DNA of 64,000 bases from an uncultured Pseudomonadales bacterium. Its GTDB lineage: Bacteria; Patescibacteriota; Microgenomatia; UBA1400; PJMF01. Under the pieces are notes generated by a model, which did not search any database, had not been told where the DNA came from, and saw nothing but the letters and a program-made list of their open reading frames with translations. This document shows, piece by piece, positions 1 through 9,824 of the stretch. The position numbers and the translations under genes were made by a program. How positions within the stretch are numbered: the stretch's first letter is position 1; each line of letters opens with the position of its first letter. The DNA lies in contig CAZUHV010000003.1 of assembly GCA_964620965.1 (NCBI GenBank), positions 226,093 through 290,092 on the forward strand, read 5' to 3'.

Positions 1-90
1 AATTCCAAGTAAATATGAAATCACTTACAATTAACTGTTGTTGCTTACTTTGTACAAACCCTTGAGTGCGGCTGTTTGTGATTTTTATTT

Positions 91-114
91 CCGCCTCAGG
101 GGCGGATTTTTTTT
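91..114 (+). terminator. Rho-independent terminator for an upstream gene outside the window: hairpin CCGCC-tcagg-GGCGG followed by a T8 run
   Basis: Inverted repeat ccgcc/ggcgg at 91-105 followed directly by tttttttt at 107-114. Confidence 0.55.
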
Positions 115-232
115 GCAAGTTTGCAAAAACATACAATAAACGCGCTTTTTAATACTAGAATTTATCAAAAGCAATTAAAAAATCACAAAATAAATACGGT
201 ACAATGAAATAACTTGAAAGAATAAACAAACT

Positions 233-1714
233 ATGGAACTAAAACTATATAACACACTCACAAAATCAGTGGATACATTTGAACCAATGCATCCAAATAG
301 GGTTGGATTGTATGCATGTGGATTAACAGTGTATGATTTTACGCATTTGGGACATTTGCGAAAATATACAATGGACGATGTCTTAATTCGTGCGTTGCGT
401 TATGGTAGTGCTGAATTATCTGAAGAATTGGATCTACAGCTAAAACCATATGAAGTAAAGTTTGTGCAAAACGTTACCGATGTTGGACATCTTGCCTCCG
501 ATGCTGACACTGGCGAAGATAAGCTTGAAAAAGGGGCTAAAAAATATGGCAAAACAGTTTGGGATGTCGCGTTAGAATTTGAGGATTACTTTTTTAGAAG
601 CATGGATTTAATGGGAAACATACGACCAGATATTAGTTGCCGAGCTACAGATCATATTCAGCAACAACTAGATATGGTTATTGAACTAGAAAAAAAAGGA
701 TTTACCTACGAAATTGAGGGCGATGGAATTTATTTTGATACAAGTAAGTTTCCAGAGTATGGAAAAATGGCAGGATTGCATCTGGAAGAACAAGAAGAAG
801 GCGCTCGAATTGGGGTTGTAGAAGGAAAGAGAAACCCTTCTGATTTTGCTTTGTGGAAGTTTGAACGAGAAGGCGAAAATAGAGCAATGGTTTGGCCAAG
901 TCCTTGGCATGAAAGAAGTTTTCCAGGTTGGCATATCGAATGTTCTGCAATGTCCATACAGTATTTAGGAGATCAACTTGATATTCATACTGGTGGAATT
1001 GATCATATTCCAGTTCACCACACAAACGAGATTGCTCAAGCAGAGGCTGTAACAGGCAAAGAGCCTTTCGTGAGATATTGGGTGCATCATAACCACTTAC
1101 ACATAGCGGGTGAAAAAATGAGTAAATCATTAGGAAACTTTTTTACAATTGATGATGTGTTGGAACGTGGATATCACCCTTTGGCCTTACGCTTACTATT
1201 TTTGACTGCTCACTATCGTTCAGAAATGAACTTTACATGGGAGAATTTAGCAGGGGCTCAAAAAAGTTATGAAAAGTTACTGCGTCAATTTGTCGAATTG
1301 TCGGGTGATGGTACAACTGCAACAAACCAAGATTCAAAGAATACTGTCGCAAGTTATAAAACACAATTTTTTACTGCAATTGCAAATGATTTGAATACAG
1401 CACAAGCTGTAGGTGTAGTATGGAGTATGTTGAAGGATACTGCAATTTCGAATTTAGATAAAAGATTTGCTTTATTGGAATTTGATAAAATTTTGGGTTT
1501 GGGTTTAGAAAAGGCAGAGACTATTTTAGAAAAAATAAGTTCGGTTTCCACAAATATTCCACAAGAAGTCCTTGATTTACAAACTCAAAGAGATACTGCA
1601 CGACTTATAGAAAAAGATTACGGAAAATCAGATGCTTTAAGAGGTGCGTTACAACAAAAAGGTTGGAAAGTCGAAGATACTGCAACTGGGTCAATCTTAA
1701 AAAAGATTAGCTAG
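233..1714 (+). CDS. cysS: Cysteinyl-tRNA synthetase
   Basis: 493 aa. Class I aaRS HLGH (HIGH) motif near the N-terminus, KMSKSLGN motif and a Cys-binding core (CGLTVYD..HLGH). ATG start. Confidence 0.9.
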   Translation: MELKLYNTLTKSVDTFEPMHPNRVGLYACGLTVYDFTHLGHLRKYTMDDVLIRALRYGSAELSEELDLQLKPYEVKFVQNVTDVGHLASDADTGEDKLEKGAKKYGKTVWDVALEFEDYFFRSMDLMGNIRPDISCRATDHIQQQLDMVIELEKKGFTYEIEGDGIYFDTSKFPEYGKMAGLHLEEQEEGARIGVVEGKRNPSDFALWKFEREGENRAMVWPSPWHERSFPGWHIECSAMSIQYLGDQLDIHTGGIDHIPVHHTNEIAQAEAVTGKEPFVRYWVHHNHLHIAGEKMSKSLGNFFTIDDVLERGYHPLALRLLFLTAHYRSEMNFTWENLAGAQKSYEKLLRQFVELSGDGTTATNQDSKNTVASYKTQFFTAIANDLNTAQAVGVVWSMLKDTAISNLDKRFALLEFDKILGLGLEKAETILEKISSVSTNIPQEVLDLQTQRDTARLIEKDYGKSDALRGALQQKGWKVEDTATGSILKKIS

Positions 1715-1879
1715 TTTTTCCTTCTCGACCAAGTAAAAAATATATGTTACTATATAGGTCTTATTTTTAAGAAGCCAATACGTTGGCGATTATATAGGTA
1801 ACTATATATCTTTCGGGGAAGGGAATAAGTAAAAAAAGTACTAAGGCTCAAGCAAGAGTCTGGTTTTTGTGTATTTTGT

Positions 1880-3604
1880 ATGTTTAACGTTTATAAAAAA
1901 TACTACCAGTTTTTATGGCACTATAAGTGGCAAATGATTTTGTTCACATTCTTTTTAGTGGCATTATCTATTTCTGAATCTGTGTTACCTTATTTTTACA
2001 AACTCTTTATAGATGCAATCCCACAAATGGATCCAGTTTTGTTGCTCAAAATTTTAGTTGGGTATATTGGAATTAGATTACTTAAGCTTGCATTTGATTT
2101 AGCAACTTTCTTTTTGGGAGATAGTGCTTTACTTGCTACTGCAAGAGATATTCGTCAGGCAGTGTTCAAAAAGATTCAAGATTTAGATTTTGCTTACCAC
2201 CTTACAAAAAGCACTGGTTCTATGATCTCATCAATCAAGCGTGGTGATTTGGCGGTGTTTAACTTTTTTCATATGGTAAACATCAACCTTGTTCGTGGTT
2301 TGATCAGTTTCATAGTTTTACTCGTTTTATTTGCACAACTTAAAATTGAGATTGCCGGTTTGATGTTGTTATCAATGGTCTTAAACTCAGTTTTTGCCTA
2401 CTTCTTGATTAAAAGAAATGTTGCTGCGCGTGTTGCATTTAATAAGAGTGAAGATGATGTTTCTGAGGTTATTGTTGATAACTTAATTAACTTTGAGACA
2501 GTGAAATTTTTTGCAAAAGAGAAAGAAGAGTATCTCAGACTTGGTGGTTCTTTTGTTCCTTGGATGAAAGCTCTTTGGGGATATGCAAACTCATTTAGAG
2601 CAATTGATGTTGTAATTGGGGTCACTGGAAATATGAGCATGCTTGCCGTTTTGTATCTTGGTTTAAGATACCTTCTAAGTGGTGAGTTTTCTGCTGGTGA
2701 ATATGTGATGATACTTGGATTTGTGAATACCTTTTATGGCAGATTCTTTGATTTGGTTTTTGAAATGCGTGATGTTGCAAAAAACAATGCTGATTTGAAA
2801 TCTTATTTTAGTGTGTTTAATAAAGATACTTTAGTTCAGGATCCAAAAAATCCTATTTCAGTTGCATCCGTTGAAGGTGAAATTGTGTTTGATAGTGTTA
2901 ATTTTTCTTATCCAGAAGGTAGGTCTGATGCATTAAAAGACTTTACCTTTAAGATCAATCCTGGAGAATCTATTGCATTAGTTGGCCATTCTGGAGCTGG
3001 AAAGACAACAATAACAAAGCTGTTGATGCGTTTTTATGATGTCGAGAGTGGCGCAATTTTGATTGATGGGGTGAATATTAAGGATATGACAAAATCAAAT
3101 CTTCGTTCATTTATGGGAATAGTTCCTCAAGAACCAGTTTTATTTAATGAATCAATTGCATACAACATTGGGTATGGTGCTGGCACTACAGATTTAGAAG
3201 TCATCAAAAAAGCTGCGCAAATGGCAAACTTAGATGAATTTATTTCTGATTTACCAAAAGGCTATGATACTAAAGTTGGTGAGCGTGGTGTGAGATTGTC
3301 TGGAGGACAAAAGCAGAGATTAGCGATTGCTCGTATGATTTTATCAAACCCAGATATCATTATTTTTGATGAAGCAACAAGCCAGTTAGATAGTCAATCT
3401 GAAAAATTGATACAAGATGCATTTTGGAAAGTTTCTAAGAATAAAACAACTTTGATTATTGCTCACAGATTATCTTCAATCACTAAAGCAGATAAGATTG
3501 TTGTGATGGAAAATGGACAGATTGCAGAAGTTGGTACTCATAAATCGTTGTTAGCTAAAAAAGGTTTGTACTCAAAATTCTGGAAGTTGCAGACTGTTGG
3601 TTAA
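1880..3604 (+). CDS. ABC transporter, fused permease/ATP-binding protein (MsbA/lipid A- or multidrug-exporter type)
   Basis: 574 aa with six N-terminal TM helices, then Walker A GHSGAGKTT, ABC signature LSGGQKQR, Walker B IIIFDEATSQLD and H-loop IAHRL. Confidence 0.85.
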   Translation: MFNVYKKYYQFLWHYKWQMILFTFFLVALSISESVLPYFYKLFIDAIPQMDPVLLLKILVGYIGIRLLKLAFDLATFFLGDSALLATARDIRQAVFKKIQDLDFAYHLTKSTGSMISSIKRGDLAVFNFFHMVNINLVRGLISFIVLLVLFAQLKIEIAGLMLLSMVLNSVFAYFLIKRNVAARVAFNKSEDDVSEVIVDNLINFETVKFFAKEKEEYLRLGGSFVPWMKALWGYANSFRAIDVVIGVTGNMSMLAVLYLGLRYLLSGEFSAGEYVMILGFVNTFYGRFFDLVFEMRDVAKNNADLKSYFSVFNKDTLVQDPKNPISVASVEGEIVFDSVNFSYPEGRSDALKDFTFKINPGESIALVGHSGAGKTTITKLLMRFYDVESGAILIDGVNIKDMTKSNLRSFMGIVPQEPVLFNESIAYNIGYGAGTTDLEVIKKAAQMANLDEFISDLPKGYDTKVGERGVRLSGGQKQRLAIARMILSNPDIIIFDEATSQLDSQSEKLIQDAFWKVSKNKTTLIIAHRLSSITKADKIVVMENGQIAEVGTHKSLLAKKGLYSKFWKLQTVG

Positions 3605-3631
3605 ACATACGTGAATTGTTAGTTAGGACGC

Positions 3632-4537
3632 TTATTTAAAAACGTTTGCCAAATCCATGTTGGCAATTGTAGCATCCCAAAATTGTTGACACTCTTGCCA
3701 AGAAGCTATAATGATAGTATCTAATGGTTTTGTCTTTTCTTGATTTAATGGCACAGGTGGGGTAGTCCATATTTCTTTTGGATATTGGTTTTGCAGTTTT
3801 TGCACACTGTCTAAGACAGATGCCAAAATATAATTTCTTAGTTCAGCTGTATTTTGAGTAGGAAAGAGGGTTTTGAGAATATGATCTGTAAGGTATTTTC
3901 TCAAAAGTGCGGAGCGTATTTCATCAGCAGAATGTATGTTTTCTTTATTTCGACGAGGTAAACCCATTGCCATAGCGGTGTCGCTTAACGAAAAAAGGAA
4001 AAGTGCTACTTTATCAGAAGCACCTAGCTGGATTTTGTGTTTATCAGCAAAAAATGGGTTGAGCTTATTATCGTGAAGATATGAGAGCTGGGCCCATTTT
4101 TTTGCAGAATGTTTGGTTTTTTCAGAAGCAGTATTCGACCAGAGCTTTATAACACTTGCGCTCATGTGTGGATGAATCCAGTGGCGTGCTTTTTGATATT
4201 GAGTTCTAGTATCAGGGTGAGTCGGAAATACAATTTGTTGTGCCGTTGCTTGGTCAATGTCTGCAGCAGTTTTACCGATATCATGAAGCATCCAGAATGG
4301 AGAGCGGTTTTGTATTTCTTGAAAATGAAGAGTTGACAGAGCTGCCCTTAACTGCAGATCTCTTAATAGGTTTTGTGCCGCAAAGTGTACTGCAACAGAA
4401 TGCATGAAAGTACAATAATCCCGATTTTTAAAAGCCTCGAATAAAGGGTTTAGTTCTGGCCAGTTTAAGGTTAGCCTCTGGTAACTTGTGGGAAGAACTA
4501 TTTGTTGTTCGTGGAGTTTAGTTTCGGTATTTAGCAC
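3632..4537 (-). CDS. HD-domain phosphohydrolase-like protein, function unknown
   Basis: 301 aa. H..HDIGK motif typical of the HD superfamily. Start is GTG as drawn and there is no in-frame ATG nearby, so the true start is uncertain. Confidence 0.5.
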   Translation of the reverse strand: MLNTETKLHEQQIVLPTSYQRLTLNWPELNPLFEAFKNRDYCTFMHSVAVHFAAQNLLRDLQLRAALSTLHFQEIQNRSPFWMLHDIGKTAADIDQATAQQIVFPTHPDTRTQYQKARHWIHPHMSASVIKLWSNTASEKTKHSAKKWAQLSYLHDNKLNPFFADKHKIQLGASDKVALFLFSLSDTAMAMGLPRRNKENIHSADEIRSALLRKYLTDHILKTLFPTQNTAELRNYILASVLDSVQKLQNQYPKEIWTTPPVPLNQEKTKPLDTIIIASWQECQQFWDATIANMDLANVFK

Positions 4538-4599
4538 AGGCCAACATTATAAAGCTTTTTTTGAAAAGTGTGGTCCAAAAATGGTATAGTAATATAACT

Positions 4600-5082
4600 A
4601 TGTTAATTTCCGAACTCTATAATGAGAATGTGATCACGATTAAGAAATCTGCCACTGTTGCAGAATCTTTGAAGTTATTTTTGTCAAAAAAAATCAATGG
4701 GCTTGTAGTTGTTGATGAGAAGGATGTAGTAGTGGGGGTTTTGGCTTTGCAGGATATTGCGGCAGCCACTATTCCACGACAATTTCGGCACAACATTCAA
4801 ATGGCTGCCGCAATGTACAGAAAAGGTTTTTTCTCGGAAAGTTCTGCTGCAATAAAAGATGAACCAATTGAAAAATTCATGAGAAAAAACTTCACGATTG
4901 TTTCTTTGAGTGACAACATTATGGCAGTCACTGCAGATTTTCTTAAAAACGATCTCTATATTGTGCCTGTGATAGAAAAAGGAAAGTTAATTGGGATTGT
5001 TACTAGATCGGAAATTAAAAAAGCACTAGCTTATGGTATGCGATTACCGGGCTATTTTGACAAAGAGGACGTACAAAAATGA
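4600..5082 (+). CDS. CBS-domain protein
   Basis: Tandem CBS-like repeats (ITIKKSATVAESL...VVVD; IVSLSDNIMAV...IVPVIEKGKLIGIVTRSEI). The ORF opens at a TTG at 4561. The first ATG at 4600 gives a typical CBS protein start (MLISELYNENVITI). Confidence 0.6.
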   Translation: MLISELYNENVITIKKSATVAESLKLFLSKKINGLVVVDEKDVVVGVLALQDIAAATIPRQFRHNIQMAAAMYRKGFFSESSAAIKDEPIEKFMRKNFTIVSLSDNIMAVTADFLKNDLYIVPVIEKGKLIGIVTRSEIKKALAYGMRLPGYFDKEDVQK

Positions 5083-6419
5083 CAGAAGGCATAGGATTAT
5101 CATTTTTTTCTTTGGTTTCGTTGTTTGTTTTGGCAGTTGTGTATTTTTTTCTTATCTCTGAAAAACTAAATAAGGTTATTGTCTCAATTTTAGGAGCAGT
5201 ATTTTTGATTATGATGCAGGTGTTTAAGACTGCTGGAGCATCATCACAAGAAAATGCGTTTCAATTTATTGGACATAATCTTGATATTTTGGGATTCGTG
5301 ATAGGAATGATGGTTCTAATTGGGATTGTGAGAGAATCAGGGTTTTTTGAAGCGCTCGCAATTTGGTTGGTTCGTGCGGTTAAGGGGAACCCAAAATTTT
5401 TATTGATTGTTGTTGGGTATTTAACGCTATTCATGACAGCATTTTTCTCTAATATCCCTACAGTTTTAATTTTAACTCCAGTTTTAGTGGTGCTTATTAG
5501 ATCATTGAAGCTCCCATTTTTACCTTACTTTTTTACTCTGGTCGTTATGGCAAATCTTGGTGGGGCAATGACGCCAATTTCTGATCCAACAACTTATTAC
5601 CAAGCAAAAACAGTTGGGTTAAGTTTTTTTGAGGTTATTAGTAATTCTGGACTCATAGTTTTACTGCTCTCGGTTGTTTCGTTGTCATACATTTTACTTG
5701 TTTTTAAGAAACAACTAGAGAAAGTTACTGTAAAAGCAAGTGATGTTGCTGCATTTAAACCACAGGCTGCAATTAAAGACAAACGCATACTCTTTAGAGG
5801 AATGCCAATATTGCTCGTTATTATTTTGCTCATGATTTTTAAAGAGTTTATTTCTAAAACATTTGGAATTGGCTTGGACAACGCAACGCTTACTCTAGGC
5901 GGTTCATTCTTGGCTATGATGATTTTTCATAGAAATCCAAAAGTTGTTTTTAGGGATTTAATTGATTGGGAAATTATCTTTTTCTTCATGGGATTATTTG
6001 TGGTTGTGGGAGCGCTAGAATTTACCAGTTTGATTGATATTTTGGCAGTAGAATTGGTGAAAATTGCCAATGGAAGTGTGCCAATTTTACTTTTCTTTAC
6101 TTCTGTAGGTTCAAGTTTGATTTCAACATTTATAGATAACGTTCCCTACAACATTACTATGGTTGGAGCCATTCAGGCTATGGAAAAAGCTGGTATTGCT
6201 GTATATCCACTTTGGTGGGCTCTTAATTTAGGAACATCTATCGGTGGTTTTGGATCTCCAATTGCAGCAGCATGTAATGTGATAGTGTTTGGGCAAGCAG
6301 AAAAAGAAGAATGGAAGACAACATTCTTTTCGTACCTAAAGTTAGCAATTCCACTGATACTTATAAACAGTATTATCACTTTTGCTTTCTTGTGGGTACG
6401 GTATTTTTATTTAGTATAA
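5079..6419 (+). CDS. ArsB/NhaD (citrate transporter-like) family permease
   Basis: 446 aa polytopic membrane protein with the characteristic duplicated hydrophobic halves. GAGGA SD upstream of the ATG. The start overlaps the CBS gene stop (ATGA), which suggests translational coupling. Confidence 0.6.
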   Translation: MTEGIGLSFFSLVSLFVLAVVYFFLISEKLNKVIVSILGAVFLIMMQVFKTAGASSQENAFQFIGHNLDILGFVIGMMVLIGIVRESGFFEALAIWLVRAVKGNPKFLLIVVGYLTLFMTAFFSNIPTVLILTPVLVVLIRSLKLPFLPYFFTLVVMANLGGAMTPISDPTTYYQAKTVGLSFFEVISNSGLIVLLLSVVSLSYILLVFKKQLEKVTVKASDVAAFKPQAAIKDKRILFRGMPILLVIILLMIFKEFISKTFGIGLDNATLTLGGSFLAMMIFHRNPKVVFRDLIDWEIIFFFMGLFVVVGALEFTSLIDILAVELVKIANGSVPILLFFTSVGSSLISTFIDNVPYNITMVGAIQAMEKAGIAVYPLWWALNLGTSIGGFGSPIAAACNVIVFGQAEKEEWKTTFFSYLKLAIPLILINSIITFAFLWVRYFYLV

Positions 6420-6510
6420 ACAGTTTTTTTTAATCTGTGATAAAATACACAACAGTTACGCGTATTTTTTTTTGCGTCAAAGTCGTAAGAACGAAGTAAA
6501 AAAGGAAAAA

Positions 6511-7230
6511 ATGCCACAATATCCAATTCATCAAACCCAAAATAAGATTGCTGTTATCTCTCTTGGAGGATCAATGATTGTTCCAAAAGAAGTTGATACA
6601 CAATATCTTAAGGATTTCAGAAAATTTATTTTAACCCAGCTAGAAAACGGCTGGCGTTTTTTTATTATAACCGGTGGGGGAATTCAAGCTCGTAACTATA
6701 TTGATGCAGCTACAGAAGTAATGGGAGATGAAATCACCAAAGACGACCAAGATTGGTTAGGAATTCATGCAACCAGATTTAATGCGCATTTAGTAAGAAC
6801 AATTTTTAGAGATCAGGCACAACCTGCGATTATCACAGATCCAGAGATAGATCCAATTTCTGATGCACAAATTGTTGTCGTTTCTGGTTGGAAACCAGGC
6901 TGGTCTACAGACTTTGTTGCCGCAAAGGTTGCACAAAGAATTCATGCTCCATATTTAATTAATCTTTCAAATATTAAACAAGTCTATACTGATGATCCTG
7001 CTAAAAATCCAGATGCAAGGCCTATCGAAAAAATGACATGGAAAGACTTTAGAGCTATGGTTGGTGATGAATGGACTCCAGGAATGAACACCCCATTTGA
7101 CCCAATCGCAGCAAAACTTGCACAAGAAGAAGGTCAGACTGTTCTAGTTATGGCAGGAAAAGACTTAGACAACCTTGAAAGAGCGCTTAACGAAGGCAAA
7201 TTTTTTGGCACAGTTATTTGTGAAGAGTAG
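6511..7230 (+). CDS. pyrH: UMP kinase, archaeal type (amino-acid kinase fold)
   Basis: Matches archaeal UMP kinase motifs: ISLGGS, ITGGG..ARNYI, GIHATRFNA, GWKPGWSTDFVAAKVA, YTDDPAKNPDARPI and DPIAAKL. AAGGA SD precedes the ATG at 6511 (the listed ORF begins at an upstream TTG). Confidence 0.75.
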   Translation: MPQYPIHQTQNKIAVISLGGSMIVPKEVDTQYLKDFRKFILTQLENGWRFFIITGGGIQARNYIDAATEVMGDEITKDDQDWLGIHATRFNAHLVRTIFRDQAQPAIITDPEIDPISDAQIVVVSGWKPGWSTDFVAAKVAQRIHAPYLINLSNIKQVYTDDPAKNPDARPIEKMTWKDFRAMVGDEWTPGMNTPFDPIAAKLAQEEGQTVLVMAGKDLDNLERALNEGKFFGTVICEE

Positions 7231-7312
7231 GTATACTTTCGAAGTACACTGGTCATAGTTTTGTTCTCTAGTTGGAACAGGTTTTTATTAAATTTACGGT
7301 ATAATACATCTC

Positions 7313-8392
7313 ATGAGTTTATCTGTTGGAATCGTTGGTTTGCCTAATGTTGGTAAATCTACACTATTTAATGCACTACTAAAAAGACAAGCTGCACTTG
7401 CAGCTAATTATCCGTTTGCCACGATTGATCCGAACACAGGAATTGTTCCAGTTCCTGACAAAAGATTGGTTGAACTAGCAAAAGTTGTTGGTACAGAAAC
7501 GATAAAACCTGCTACCGTAGAGTTTGTAGATATTGCAGGATTGGTCAAAGGCGCAAGTGAAGGTGAGGGTTTAGGAAATAAATTTTTGGCAAATATTCGG
7601 GAGACAGATTTGATCGTTCATGTGGTTCGTGGGTTCACAGATTCTTCAATTTTACGTGAGGGAAGTGTTGATCCAAAGTCTGACAGAGAAATCATAGAGA
7701 TGGAACTGTTATTAGCAGACATAAATACTTTAGAAAAACAAAAAGCCCCTAAAGTTCCAGACAAAGAACTGCAGTTTAAATGGACTGTAGTACAAAAAAT
7801 GCAAGAAGTAGCAGCTAGAGGCCAACTTGTGCAAACTGCTTTGCATTCAGATGAGGAACAAAAAGTTGCAAGAGAACTTGGATTGCTCACTTCTAAAAAA
7901 ATACTTTATGTCATTAATGTCGATGAAGCAGTAGTTGGTAACCAAACAGAAGAAACAAAGAAATATGCAGAATTACTTTCTGTTCCAGAAGATCAAATTG
8001 TGATTATTAGTGCAAAAATTGAGTCGGAAGTTTCTGTTTTAGCAGAAGAAGATGCTCAACTTTTTTTAGAAGAACTAGGCTTACAGACTTCTGGTTTAGA
8101 GAGACTAATTCAAAAAGCTTTTCACTATCTAGATTTACAAACATATTTAACAGCAGGTGAATTAGAAGTTCGTGCGTGGACAATCACAAAAGGCACGAAA
8201 GCCCCACAAGCAGCTGGCGTGATCCATACTGATTTTGAGAAAAAATTTATTAAAGCAAAAGTAGTTTCTTATCAAGACTTTATTGAACTTGGTGGCTGGA
8301 AGGGCACCAAAGAAAAAGGCAAACAAAGGCTTGAAGGTAAAGACTACGTGATGCAATCCGACGATATTGTTGAGTTCATGATTGGGGCATAG
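7313..8392 (+). CDS. ychF: Ribosome-binding ATPase YchF (Obg-like ATPase)
   Basis: N-terminal G1 motif GIVGLPNVGKSTLFNAL, then the YchF coiled-coil region and a C-terminal TGS domain. Confidence 0.9.
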   Translation: MSLSVGIVGLPNVGKSTLFNALLKRQAALAANYPFATIDPNTGIVPVPDKRLVELAKVVGTETIKPATVEFVDIAGLVKGASEGEGLGNKFLANIRETDLIVHVVRGFTDSSILREGSVDPKSDREIIEMELLLADINTLEKQKAPKVPDKELQFKWTVVQKMQEVAARGQLVQTALHSDEEQKVARELGLLTSKKILYVINVDEAVVGNQTEETKKYAELLSVPEDQIVIISAKIESEVSVLAEEDAQLFLEELGLQTSGLERLIQKAFHYLDLQTYLTAGELEVRAWTITKGTKAPQAAGVIHTDFEKKFIKAKVVSYQDFIELGGWKGTKEKGKQRLEGKDYVMQSDDIVEFMIGA

Positions 8393-8574
8393 TTGTCAGC
8401 AGAATGTAGATGAGTTTGGTTGTGTCTTAATGTGAGTAGGGCGTAGCGATATATAATATTTGTGATATAATACCTCAAGTTAAATAATAAGTATGTTTTG
8501 TCCATTTGCTATTCAAGTTTTTACTTGAATTTGCAAATACCACAGCTCTAGGGCAGAACAAGAAAGGAGCAGTT

Positions 8575-8916
8575 ATGATGAAACTCGTCAAAGACAAGAG
8601 AGTTCGTACTTACGAACTTACCTATCTTTTGCCAGAGGCATTCACTTCTTCAGAAGTTGCACAAACAAAAGAAGCAATTGAGCAATTGCTTAAAAAACAT
8701 AAAGTAAAAATTCTTTCCCAAGAAGACTGGGGCAAGAAGGCTTTAGCGTACCCAATTAAGTACAAAAGCAAGAAACAATATGAGGCATACTATACCTTCA
8801 TGGTATTAGAGGCTGATTCTTCAGAGATGCCAAAATTTGAAAATGATTTGTACTTAAAACAGGACATTATTCGCCACCTTTTAGTAGTAGCAGAGAACGT
8901 TAATATAGAGGAATAG
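8575..8916 (+). CDS. rpsF: 30S ribosomal protein S6
   Basis: YELTYLL...DWGKKALAYPI...YYTFMVLEA matches S6. AAAGGAG SD 5 nt upstream of the ATG at 8575. Gene order rpsF-ssb-rpsR. Confidence 0.85.
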   Translation: MMKLVKDKRVRTYELTYLLPEAFTSSEVAQTKEAIEQLLKKHKVKILSQEDWGKKALAYPIKYKSKKQYEAYYTFMVLEADSSEMPKFENDLYLKQDIIRHLLVVAENVNIEE

Positions 8917-9022
8917 GGTTAGGAATAGGACTTGAGTAATCTACAGTTTATGTAAGAATTGTAGGTAGAATCAAGTAAGTAATAGACTTAAAAATTGTTT
9001 TGAAGGTCAAGAAAGGGAAAAT

Positions 9023-9466
9023 ATGTCTACTAGATCGCTCAATAAAGTTATGTTAATTGGTAATTTAACCAGAGACCCAGCGCTCAGGTTTACACCAAAT
9101 AATACTGCAGTTTGTTCTTTTAGTATCGCAACAAACCGTTCATGGATTAATAACGATACAAACGAAAAGCAAGAGCAGGTTGAGTTTCATAACATTGTTG
9201 CATGGTCAAAGTTGGCTGAAATTTGTGGATCAATGCTTCACAAAGGCGACAAAGTATATGTCGAAGGTCGTCTCCAAACCAGAAAATGGGAAGGTGAAGA
9301 CAAAGTCGAGCGTAGAACCACAGAAATAGTAATTGAGAACATGATTCTGATTAAATCCGTCTCAGACGCTGTTACAGATGATGATGACGACAATCTTAAA
9401 GATGTCAAAGCTCCAGAAGAGGATACCTTTGATGCTGAAGATGTTTCAGATGATGTTCCATTTTAG
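9023..9466 (+). CDS. ssb: Single-stranded DNA-binding protein
   Basis: OB-fold N-terminus (KVMLIGNLTRDPALRFTPNNTAVCSFSIATNRSW) and acidic C-terminal tail ending DDVPF. Confidence 0.9.
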   Translation: MSTRSLNKVMLIGNLTRDPALRFTPNNTAVCSFSIATNRSWINNDTNEKQEQVEFHNIVAWSKLAEICGSMLHKGDKVYVEGRLQTRKWEGEDKVERRTTEIVIENMILIKSVSDAVTDDDDDNLKDVKAPEEDTFDAEDVSDDVPF

Positions 9467-9486
9467 TCTAAAAAAGGAATAAAACT

Positions 9487-9714
9487 ATGATTAAAAAGAA
9501 GAAAAAAATTAGAGTTAAAAGAGCTCCAAGAGTTTCAGCAGATGTAACTTTTTCATACAAAGATACAGATATGCTTAACAAATTCATTACAGAGCAAGGT
9601 TCAATTCTTTCAAGAGAAGAAACCGGTTTATCTCAAAAACAACAAAGACAACTCGCAAGAGAAGTCAAACGTGCTAGACACTTAGCACTCTTACCTTTCA
9701 CACAAGTTATGTAA
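9487..9714 (+). CDS. rpsR: 30S ribosomal protein S18
   Basis: 75 aa. Conserved S18 core [39 protein letters not shown]. Confidence 0.9.
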   Translation: MIKKKKKIRVKRAPRVSADVTFSYKDTDMLNKFITEQGSILSREETGLSQKQQRQLAREVKRARHLALLPFTQVM

Positions 9715-9742
9715 TGTGCTGAATTGGAATTAAAAATAGAAA

Positions 9743-9766
9743 CCCAGTCGAAAGACTGGGTTTTTT
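9743..9766 (+). terminator. Rho-independent terminator of the rpsF-ssb-rpsR operon
   Basis: cccagtc-gaaa-gactggg hairpin followed by tttttt. Confidence 0.7.
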
Positions 9767-9824
9767 ATATTTTATGATTTCCATGCTTTAAAGTTACAGG
9801 CGATTCAGATAGAATAAACATCTG

